In this document: positions 1 through 34,069 of the stretch, one piece after another
How the letters are laid out: every line of letters starts with the position of its first letter
Numbering within the stretch: position 1 is the first letter of the stretch
From: an uncultured Gemmatimonadales bacterium
GTDB lineage: Bacteria; Gemmatimonadota; Gemmatimonadetes; Longimicrobiales; Longimicrobiaceae
Assembly: GCA_963716255.1 (NCBI GenBank)
Contig: OY970303.1
Span: forward strand, 5,312,001 to 5,376,000
Reading direction: 5' to 3'
Length of the DNA: 64,000 nt
The notes under the pieces: generated by a model
Told to the model about the DNA's origin: nothing
The model's input: only the letters and a program-made list of their open reading frames with translations
Database searches by the model: none
Position numbers and translations under genes: made by a program

Positions 1-6141
<6,141 letters not shown>

Positions 6142-6142
6142 G

Positions 6143-26092
<19,950 letters not shown>

Positions 26093-26141
26093 GATGGCGG
26101 CGGCCTGGCGCACGTTCGGCTTCGTCAAAGTGAGTGACGGA

Positions 26142-26171
26142 CGACAGGGGCCGTGGGACCCACGGTTGTCG
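26142..26171. terminator. Hairpin just downstream of the NRPS stop; possible terminator
   Basis: cgaca..ccgtggg-a-cccacgg..tgtcg inverted repeat about 50 nt after TAG. No strong U-tract. Confidence 0.3.
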
Positions 26172-26658
26172 AGGGAGCTGCTCCGACAATAAGCTTCCTC
26201 ACGGCGGGCAGTGAGAGAGCGTGGCGCTCGCCGGACGAGACCAGACGTCGGACGCTCAGATCTAGCCACAGGGACAGCGAAAGAAAGCGTAGCCCCCGAG
26301 GTTCAGGCTCGGCTACCAAGCGGGAGGGAGCGAAGGGTGCGGACGAACCTCCGTTCGAATTCCAGCAGTGCCTGCAGCGCGGTCTGGACCTCGACACGCG
26401 GGACCACCGAACCCGGACAGCAGCGCGGCCCGGGACCACCCCACGGGCAGACGCCTCCTCATCTCCCAGCCGTTCGTCGCGCAGGCACGCACCGATCAGG
26501 CTCACTGGAGGGGGTCCCCGCAAAGCCACCTGGCGCGGAAGCATTCGTGCAGGTGGCCGATCTCCCGCACGTCCATCTAGGATGGTATCCGCTGATTACC
26601 TTGGCGAACGTGGTGCCTCACGTGCTCCCGCAGCGCGATGCGAGACTTCGCGGAGCGG

Positions 26659-27318
26659 TTACGAAATCAGCTCCCCTGCGACCCGCGCCACGACCGACTG
26701 TGCCAGCAGGACCGGCCGGCCACAACGCAGCGCGAAGGACCTGCGGTATTCGTCGCCATGGCCCATGCAATCCAGCACCACCACCTCCAGTGCGGGATTA
26801 CGCATCGCATCTGCGGCGGCAACCATCTCCTCGTGAACGTAGGGTGAGGCCCAGGCGACCTCCACGTCGAACCCGTCACCCGTCCACTTCTCTCGTGCGG
26901 CCGGAACCTGGTCGGCCAGGGGGGTGACCACGCCGATCCTCCCCGATGTCGTGATCGCGCGCACGACGCCGGGCAGCAGTTTGCCAGGGAGAAGCACCGG
27001 GACACCGCAGCGGATCTCGGGAAAAGCGCCAGCGCACGCGACCACGATCACGGCCGCACCTTCCTCCGCCAGGCGGAGAGCCCGCTCCTCAACGAGAGGT
27101 GCGAGCGTCGTGAGCGGGATCCGAGCCGTTCCGCCATCGGACTTGCGCACTAGCAGCGGGTAGCTGCCGGGGGTGGCGAGCCTGGAGATGTCCGCGGGTG
27201 ACAGGCCGTCCAGCGCACCCGCCACGCGGATCGCGGCTGCGGGCGCGTGCCGCTGGAAGGCCGCCTCCAGATCCGGTCGGGGCGTCTGCCCTATCGTCAC
27301 CACGCCCAAAATCGCCAC
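26659..27318 (-). CDS. AroM family protein (~219 aa; Asp/Glu racemase-like fold)
   Basis: GTG 27318, 20 nt after the IDO stop, with a purine-rich AAAGGGAA upstream. N-terminal GVVTIGQTPRPD, plus IVVACAGAFP, ASPY and VVLDCMGH motifs typical of AroM-family proteins. Confidence 0.8.
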   Translation of the reverse strand: MAILGVVTIGQTPRPDLEAAFQRHAPAAAIRVAGALDGLSPADISRLATPGSYPLLVRKSDGGTARIPLTTLAPLVEERALRLAEEGAAVIVVACAGAFPEIRCGVPVLLPGKLLPGVVRAITTSGRIGVVTPLADQVPAAREKWTGDGFDVEVAWASPYVHEEMVAAADAMRNPALEVVVLDCMGHGDEYRRSFALRCGRPVLLAQSVVARVAGELIS

Positions 27319-27338
27319 CTGTTCCCTTTGCCGCTGGT

Positions 27339-28526
27339 CTAGAGCAAATAGCTGGTGAGGTTGTCGCGGTGCTTTTTCAGGTAGCGCATGAACGGCGTAC
27401 CGCCGGTGCCGACTTCCACCGGGTTCCCGGCGCTGCGCTGCGCCTGCGCGTGGATATAGAGCCCCGCGTACTCCAGGTGCTTCGCCTGAAACTCGTACAC
27501 CCCGTTGACGCACGCGTTGTAGACCGTGACCAGCGGGCTTGTCCGCTCCTGCCGCTGCAGGTAGGTACGGATCGACGGGCTCTGTTCCACATGGGCGATG
27601 AACGCCCGGTGTCTGGGCGGCATGTAGTCGCGCAGTTCGATCACGTGCTGGCGCAGGGGGTCGGACGTATAGCTGATCCCCAGCGCGGCGTGGATCGACG
27701 GGATGATTGAGCTCTGCGCGCCGGTTTCGCCCCGGAACGTTTGCGGCCGGCCCCCGTACGCCGCGACGCCGTCGTACCACATTCCCTGGGGCAGAGCCGG
27801 GTTGTCCTTCCAGCCGAAGATGAAAGGACGGACCCGCGTATAGTAGATGTAGGGGTCGCACTGCTCGGGCATGCGCGACAGGGTCGCCAGCATCTGCGAG
27901 AGCACGTCCGCGATGGTGCCCAGGCAGCGCTCCACCGTCTCGGCGTCGTCTCGCGTGACAGCCTCCTGCGCCGCGACGATCGCCTGCATCGCCGGACCCG
28001 CCCGACCCTCGATGTCGATGTGCACCAGGACGAACCAGTCCTCGTCGGCCCCCCCCAGGAAGTTCTCCAGGCGGGCGATGTTGCCGATGGCAACATCGCC
28101 CTCCGCATCGAACCGGCGCCAGTTGTTCAGCGCGTGCGAGGCGTAGGAGAGGACGGGCGGCCGCCCGAGCCGCTCGGCCACGGCATGCCAGGGCACGGCA
28201 ATGGTGGCGGGCAGCCGGTCCACGGGCTCACGGTCGCCCCAGACGTAGGCGTGGCCGAAGTAGGACAGGAGCAACATCGCCCTCGCGACATCGCCGGGAT
28301 CCGTCAGCGGAGCGGGATCGAGCTGTGGCAGGTCGCGGACGGTGCGGCGCACCGTTCCTGCGATCAACTGCTTGTCGAGTTCCCCGGCGAGCGCCTCCCA
28401 CGGAGCGAAGGCGTCCGGCAGGCGCGTCGTCGGATCTGTCTGGGGGAGAAACCCGTACCCCGGGTGGACATCGAACGCGGCCAGCACCGCTGACGAGGAA
28501 AGGTTCACGGCCGCGATATTTTCCAT
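27339..28526 (-). CDS. ido: Indoleamine 2,3-dioxygenase (heme-dependent, IDO family)
   Basis: HAYVWG, LGRPPVLSYAS..LNNW, DEDWFVLVH, FRGETGAQSS, LRDYMP..HRAF, heme-ligand H in AKHLEYA, and C-terminal GTGGTPFM.YL. Confidence 0.93.
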   Translation of the reverse strand: MENIAAVNLSSSAVLAAFDVHPGYGFLPQTDPTTRLPDAFAPWEALAGELDKQLIAGTVRRTVRDLPQLDPAPLTDPGDVARAMLLLSYFGHAYVWGDREPVDRLPATIAVPWHAVAERLGRPPVLSYASHALNNWRRFDAEGDVAIGNIARLENFLGGADEDWFVLVHIDIEGRAGPAMQAIVAAQEAVTRDDAETVERCLGTIADVLSQMLATLSRMPEQCDPYIYYTRVRPFIFGWKDNPALPQGMWYDGVAAYGGRPQTFRGETGAQSSIIPSIHAALGISYTSDPLRQHVIELRDYMPPRHRAFIAHVEQSPSIRTYLQRQERTSPLVTVYNACVNGVYEFQAKHLEYAGLYIHAQAQRSAGNPVEVGTGGTPFMRYLKKHRDNLTSYLL

Positions 28527-28575
28527 ATGTGCTCCAGGGGTGGCGGATCGGGGGGGCGCGCTCCGATCCCCCTGC

Positions 28576-28596
28576 GATATCAGTCATATGATAATC
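28576..28596. promoter_or_regulatory. AT-rich dyad upstream of ido; candidate operator or promoter
   Basis: GATATCAGTCATATGATAATC, with a perfect TCATATGA core and TATCA/TGATA arms, about 50 nt before the ido ATG. A ggatcgg/ccgatcc hairpin lies between it and the start. Confidence 0.45.
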
Positions 28597-28714
28597 GGTC
28601 TCCAGAGGACAGTCCAGCAAAAGGCCTGGCCCCGTGCCCTTCGACGCCCTCACAAGGCCTTCAGGAACGGGAACGCGGACGAGGCCAGCTGGAGACGCAG
28701 GGGATACTTCGATA

Positions 28715-29021
28715 GCCCTGGTCTGGGGTTTTGCCGTGGTGGCGGACTCCGCGCAGTGCAGCGCGGCGGTCACCGAGGCAGCGCCGGCGCACGCCGTGAC
28801 GGCGCTGACGTTCCAGACGGCGCTCGGCTTCCTGCTGACCTCGGTCACCCTCACGGCGGTGCCCCCCCCTGCGGGACGCCGGGGGGTGGCCGCTCGCGTT
28901 CGGCATCCTGGCGCTGGGGCCGGTGGCCGGGATCGCGGCGATGCGCCGGCTGGACGGTCTCCGAATTGCGGCCCCGGCAGGACAGGACACAGATGCCGCG
29001 CGGCAAACCGAACCTGGGTGA
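28715..29021 (+). pseudogene. C-terminal remnant of an MFS transporter, frameshifted
   Basis: ALVWGFAVVADSAQCSAAVTEAAP..TALTFQTALGFLLT, then a frame change near the C8 run (28862-28869) to GWPLAFGILALGPVAGIAAMRRL. That frame ends at TGA 29019-29021, overlapping the PPTase ATG. No N-terminal part is present. Confidence 0.75.
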
Positions 29022-29740
29022 TGAGATCGACCGTGGATACCTTTCCCGAAAATGACACGAGCGCCCGCCGGATGGCCGGCCGGATCGCGGCCCTCCTCCC
29101 GGCGGGCGTGGCGCTGGACGTGCGCGAGATCGGCGACGCCGCCGGCTCCCTGTTCCCGGTCGAGCGCGAAGCCGTGGCGCGGGCCGTCGCGAAGAGGACG
29201 CGAGAGTTCTCGACCGGCCGCCTGTGCGCCCGCGCGGCGATGGCGGCCCTCGGGGTGCCGCCGCACCCCGTCCCGGTGGGGCCGCAGCGGGAACCCGTGT
29301 GGCCGGACGGGCTCGTCGGCACGATCAGCCATGGCGGCGATCTGTGCCTGGCCGCGGTGGCCAGAAAGGACCACGTGTTCGGCCTGGGCATCGACCTGGA
29401 GGTGGGGGACCCGCTGGACCCGGAGGTGCGCGGGCTGATCTGCACGCCGGACGAGCTTCGCAGCGCGCCCGCCTGGGCGGGCGCAGGGGTGGATCCGCAC
29501 AAGCTGGTCTTTTCGGCCAAGGAGGCGCTCTACAAGGTGCTCTTCCCGCACGCGCGGCGCTACATCGACTTCCTGGAGGTGGAGATCGGGATCGACGCGG
29601 ACACGGGCGCATGGCGGCCGACCACGCTGCCGCCGGACGTGAGCGGCCGCATGGGAGCCCCGATCGAGGGGAAGTTCCTGGTCGCGGAGGGATACGTGGT
29701 CACGGCGGCATGGGCGACCCCGTCCCCGGCGGGCGGCTAG
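29021..29740 (+). CDS. 4'-phosphopantetheinyl transferase (EntD/Sfp-like)
   Basis: REFSTGRLCAR, PVWPDGLVGTISH, GLGIDLE, FSAKEALYK. Start at 29021 (TGATG overlap); 29072 is an alternative. Confidence 0.92.
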   Translation: MRSTVDTFPENDTSARRMAGRIAALLPAGVALDVREIGDAAGSLFPVEREAVARAVAKRTREFSTGRLCARAAMAALGVPPHPVPVGPQREPVWPDGLVGTISHGGDLCLAAVARKDHVFGLGIDLEVGDPLDPEVRGLICTPDELRSAPAWAGAGVDPHKLVFSAKEALYKVLFPHARRYIDFLEVEIGIDADTGAWRPTTLPPDVSGRMGAPIEGKFLVAEGYVVTAAWATPSPAGG

Positions 29741-30008
29741 CGGTCGTCGCGTCCCTGCTTCCGCTGGTCCGGGGCTTCGCGGCGGTGCACCGAGGAGCCG
29801 GCCGATGACTTCCATCCCCTCGCGTGGCGTGACCTCGCGCGGCTTGCCGTTCGTCGCTATCCTCCCACCCCGCGACCGGACGGCATCGCGGATTCGCAGA
29901 TCGCGGGTCCGGGCGGTCCGCTGTTTCGTCGCATGACGGGGCAGGCACGGATGTAGCCAGAGGTACGCCGGGACCGACCGGAGCAATCGAATCCGAGAAC
30001 TGCCGATC

Positions 30009-33000
30009 ATGAACGAAAACACCAGGCGACCGGCCTCGCCGTCCGATGCGGGGCTCCCGGGTGGCGGTGAGATGGGCGCGCTCATGCGCGCGCACGACTG
30101 GTCGTCCACGCCGCTCGGCCCCGCGGAGGGGTGGCCGCAGAGCCTGCGCTCGGCGCTCGGCATCTGCCTCCACTCGCGCTATCCCATCGCGCTCTACTGG
30201 GGTCCCGAGCTCGCCCTGCTCTACAACGACGCGTGGAGCCCGATTCCGGGCGTCAAGCATCCCTGGGCGCTGGGCCGCCCCGGCCGCGAGGTCTGGCCCG
30301 AGATCTGGGACTCGATCGGTCCGCTCTTCGAGCGCGTCCTCGCGACCGGCGAGGGGATCTGGCAGGAGGACGAGCTGCTGCCCATGCGCCGGCACGGCTA
30401 CACCGAGGAGTGCTACTTCAACTTCACCTTCAGCCCGATCCCCGGCGAGGGCGGGCGCATCGAGGGCATCTTCAACGCGGTGGTGGAGACCACCTTCCGC
30501 GTGGTCGGCGAGCGGAGGACGCGCGTGCTGCGCGAGCTCGCCGAGCGCACGGCGGGGGCGCAGTCCGCGGAGGAAGTCTGCCGGCTCGCCGCCAGGGCGC
30601 TCGGGGAGGCATCCGCGGACCTGCCGTTCTGCCTCCTCTACCTGCTCGACGAGGAGAGCGGCGACCCCTGTGCGCGGCTCGCGGGCGCCGCCGGCATCGC
30701 GCCCGGTGGGCCTGCCAGCCCCATCACGGTGAGCGTGGCGGACGCGCCCTGGCCCTTCGGGCTCGTCCTGGAGACCGGCCGGGGCGTGGCTGTCGAGAAC
30801 ATCGCGGAGCAGTTCGCGGCCGCTCCGCCGGGCGGCCCCTGGCCCGAGCCGGGCGAACGCGCGCTCGTCGTGCCGATCACCCTCGCGACCCGGCCGGGCA
30901 GCCCCGCCGGCGTCCTCGTGGCCGGGATCAGCCCGCGCCGCGCCCTCGACGACGAGTACCGCGCGTTCGCCGAACGCGCCGCCGACCACATCGCCGCGGC
31001 CATCGGCAACGCCCGCGCCTACGAAGACGAGAGGCGGCGCGCCGAGGCGCTGGCGGAGCTGGACCGGGCAAAGACCGCCTTCTTCACCAACATCTCCCAC
31101 GAGTTCCGCACCCCGCTCACCCTGATCGCGGCGCCCGCGGAGGAGGCCGTCTCCGACCCTGCTCTCTCCGAGGCGGAGCACGCCCGCTGGGAGACGGTGC
31201 GGCGGAGCGGCCTGCGGCTCCAGAAGCTGGTCAACTCCCTGCTCGAGTTTTCCCGCATCGAGGCCGGGCGCGTCCAGGCGTCCTTCGAGCCGGTGGACCT
31301 CGCCGCCTACACGCGCGACCTGGCCAGTCTCTTCCGCTCGGCGATGGAGCGCGCCGGGCTGGGCCTGGCGGTGGACGTTGAGCCGCTGCCGGAGCCGGTG
31401 TACGTGGACCGCGACATGTGGGAGAAGATCGTCCTGAACCTGCTCTCCAACGCGTTCAAGCACACCTTCGAGGGACAGGTCGCCGTATCCCTGCACGCGG
31501 CCGGCGACCACGTGGAGCTGAAGGTGAGGGACACCGGCACCGGGATCCCGGAAGAGGAGCTCCCGCACGTCTTCGACCGCTTCCACCGCGTCAAGGGCGC
31601 GCTCTCGCGCACCCACGAGGGGACCGGGATCGGGCTCGCGCTGGTGAAGGAGCTGGTGGCGCTGCACGGGGGCGCGATCACCCTGGAGAGCGCGCCGAGC
31701 GTGGGCACCACGGCGACGGTGCGGCTGCCCTCCGGGTCCCGGCACCTTTCCGCCGAGACGATCGCGGCGGCCCCGTCGGGGGCCACGGGAAGCCGCAACG
31801 CCTCGGCGTTCGTGGAGGAGGCGCTGCGCTGGATTCCGCAGGATGGCGCACCCCCCTCCCCACTCGCAGGCGAGCTCCCCTCGGACGACGCCGTCCTGGA
31901 CGGGAATTCCACCACCTCCGGCATCCCACGGGGCCGGCGTGCCACGATCCTGGTCGCCGACGACAACGCGGACATGCGCGACTACCTGAGCCGGCTGCTC
32001 GGCCGGCAGTGGGGCGTCCAGGCCGTGGCGGACGGGGCTGCCGCGCTGGAAGCCGTCCGGCAGCGCGTGCCGGACCTGGTGCTTTCCGACGTGATGATGC
32101 CGGGACTCGACGGGTTCGGGCTTCTCCGGGAGCTCCGCGCGGATCCCCGCACCCGCGAGATCCCCGTCCTCCTCCTCTCGGCGCGCGCGGGGGAGGAGTC
32201 GCGGATCGAGGGGATCGAGGCCGGCGCGGACGACTACCTGGTCAAGCCCTTCTCCGCCCGGGAGGTGGTCGCCAAGGTCGGCGCCCAGCTCGAGCTGGCG
32301 CGAGTGCGCGGGGAGGCGGCGGAGCGGGAGCGGACGCTGCGCGAGACAGCCGAGCGGGCGCGCGTCGAAGCCGAAGGCGCGGAGGCGCGGCTCCGCGAGA
32401 TCTTCACGAGGGCGCCGGCGATCATCGCCACGCTCCGCGGCCCGGCATACGTCTTCGAGAGTGCCAATCCCCTCTACCTCCAGTTCGTCGGCAGGACCGA
32501 GATCCTGGGCAAGCCGCTCGCCGAGGTGCTCCCCGAGGTGGTGGAGCAGGGCTTCGCCGAGCTGCTGGACAGGGTCTACCGCACGGGCGAGGCTTTCGTC
32601 GCCGACGAGATGTCCATCCTCCTCGACCGCCGCGGGGACGGGACGATGGACGAGGTGTTCATGACCTTCGTCTACCAGCCCCTCTTCGATCCGGACGGCT
32701 CCGTCTCCGGCACCCTCGTCCACGGGGTGGACGTGACCGAGCAGGTCCGGGCGCGCCAGCAGGTGGAGCAGCAGGCGGTGGAGCTGGAGGAGCTCCAGGC
32801 GGAAACGGAAGCGATCAACGAGGAGCTCCAGCAGGCGAACGAGGAGCTGAGCGAGAAGACGCGGGAGGCGGAGGAGGCGAACCAGGCAAAGAGCGAGTTC
32901 CTGGCCAGCATGAGCCACGAGCTCCGTACGCCGCTCAACGCGATCGCCGGCTACCTGGACCTGGTGAGCCTGGGGATCCACGGTCCCGTGACGGATGCCC

Positions 33001-33599
33001 AGCACGCGGCGCTGGGGCGGATCAAGCGCAACCAGGAGGTCCTGCTCTCGCTGATCAACGACGTGATCAACTTCGCCAAGCTGGAAGCGGGGCGGCTGGA
33101 GATCGAATGCACCGAGGTCCCCGTGGGACGGCTCCTGGAAGCGATGGAGCCGCTGATCGCCCCGCAGGTACACGCCAGGGAGCTCGTGTACCGGTGCGAG
33201 CCGTGCGCGCCGGGACTGGCGGCCCTCGGCGACCCGGAGCGGATCCAGCAGGTCCTGATCAACCTGCTCGCCAACGCGGTGAAGTTCACCCGGCCCGGGG
33301 GACGGGTGACCCTCGGCGCCGTCGACCAGGACGGCGTGGTGCACGTGCACGTGACGGACACCGGCCGCGGCATCCCGGCCGAGAAGCTGGAAACCATCTT
33401 CGACCCGTTCGTGCAGGTGGACCGCCGTGCGGGCCTCGTCGAGGACAGCCAGCAGGGGGTGGGCCTGGGGCTGGCGATCAGCCGCGAGCTCGCCCGCGCC
33501 ATGGACGGAGAACTGACCGTCGAGAGCACGCCCGGGGTGGGCTCCACCTTCACGCTCACCCTGCCGCGCGTGCGGGCCGTGGAGGGGAATGGCGAGTGA
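30009..33599 (+). CDS. Hybrid sensor histidine kinase: PAS-like, GAF, HisKA, HATPase, REC, PAS, HisKA, HATPase
   Basis: Two H-boxes (ISHEFRTPL, MSHELRTPL), two NLLxNAxK/DTGxGI/GxGL sets, and a receiver domain (DDNAD, SDVMMP, VKP). Confidence 0.93.
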   Translation: MNENTRRPASPSDAGLPGGGEMGALMRAHDWSSTPLGPAEGWPQSLRSALGICLHSRYPIALYWGPELALLYNDAWSPIPGVKHPWALGRPGREVWPEIWDSIGPLFERVLATGEGIWQEDELLPMRRHGYTEECYFNFTFSPIPGEGGRIEGIFNAVVETTFRVVGERRTRVLRELAERTAGAQSAEEVCRLAARALGEASADLPFCLLYLLDEESGDPCARLAGAAGIAPGGPASPITVSVADAPWPFGLVLETGRGVAVENIAEQFAAAPPGGPWPEPGERALVVPITLATRPGSPAGVLVAGISPRRALDDEYRAFAERAADHIAAAIGNARAYEDERRRAEALAELDRAKTAFFTNISHEFRTPLTLIAAPAEEAVSDPALSEAEHARWETVRRSGLRLQKLVNSLLEFSRIEAGRVQASFEPVDLAAYTRDLASLFRSAMERAGLGLAVDVEPLPEPVYVDRDMWEKIVLNLLSNAFKHTFEGQVAVSLHAAGDHVELKVRDTGTGIPEEELPHVFDRFHRVKGALSRTHEGTGIGLALVKELVALHGGAITLESAPSVGTTATVRLPSGSRHLSAETIAAAPSGATGSRNASAFVEEALRWIPQDGAPPSPLAGELPSDDAVLDGNSTTSGIPRGRRATILVADDNADMRDYLSRLLGRQWGVQAVADGAAALEAVRQRVPDLVLSDVMMPGLDGFGLLRELRADPRTREIPVLLLSARAGEESRIEGIEAGADDYLVKPFSAREVVAKVGAQLELARVRGEAAERERTLRETAERARVEAEGAEARLREIFTRAPAIIATLRGPAYVFESANPLYLQFVGRTEILGKPLAEVLPEVVEQGFAELLDRVYRTGEAFVADEMSILLDRRGDGTMDEVFMTFVYQPLFDPDGSVSGTLVHGVDVTEQVRARQQVEQQAVELEELQAETEAINEELQQANEELSEKTREAEEANQAKSEFLASMSHELRTPLNAIAGYLDLVSLGIHGPVTDAQHAALGRIKRNQEVLLSLINDVINFAKLEAGRLEIECTEVPVGRLLEAMEPLIAPQVHARELVYRCEPCAPGLAALGDPERIQQVLINLLANAVKFTRPGGRVTLGAVDQDGVVHVHVTDTGRGIPAEKLETIFDPFVQVDRRAGLVEDSQQGVGLGLAISRELARAMDGELTVESTPGVGSTFTLTLPRVRAVEGNGE

Positions 33600-33705
33600 C
33601 GGGATCCGTGGCGCGGTCCGGGAGGCGGCGATGCGCCGGCCGGACGATGTCCGGATCGCGACCCCGCCGGACTCGCGGGACCCAGGGGATGCCGCGCTCC
33701 GATAC

Positions 33706-33735
33706 TTGACACGGATCGACGGGTCCGGTTACGCT
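33706..33735 (+). promoter_or_regulatory. Sigma70-type promoter candidate for the halogenase
   Basis: TTGACA-N18-TACGCT. Confidence 0.5.
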
Positions 33736-34069
33736 AGATCATTGCCCATCGTGTCCTGAAGCGGACGGACCACACCCGCCACGCCCGGACCCAAACCTCG
33801 TCTGCCCGGGGCCGCGGGGGATATCCCGCCGGCCTCATCATCCCGAACGCCGCCCGCCGACCCCGGTCCAACAGGTCTTCCGCCACCAGAGCGTCAGCCG
33901 GCGCCGCATCCTGCCTGTCCTGTCGCACCAGGCAACCGCAGGACGGTCCTCGATCGGCCGCACGTCGCCGATGTCCGACGCCGACCGGCGCGAGAACCAA
34001 CCGGGAATTCCGTGTCGCGTGCGCGACGAGTGAAGATCCGGTCTCAGCCCCCAACCCTCCCGGAGAAAC

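Noticed and set aside
26093..26658. Short ORFs or a possible mobile-element remnant between the NRPS and aroM
   Set aside because: No recognisable protein motifs, terminal repeats or RNA gene. Left unannotated.
27319..27861. N-terminal extension of the 400-aa ORF 26659-27861
   Set aside because: It overlaps ido in another frame. AroM similarity begins at GTG 27318.
28634..29020. MFS-PPTase fusion protein
   Set aside because: Apparent only because of the frameshift in the MFS remnant. The remnant's own stop is at 29019-29021.
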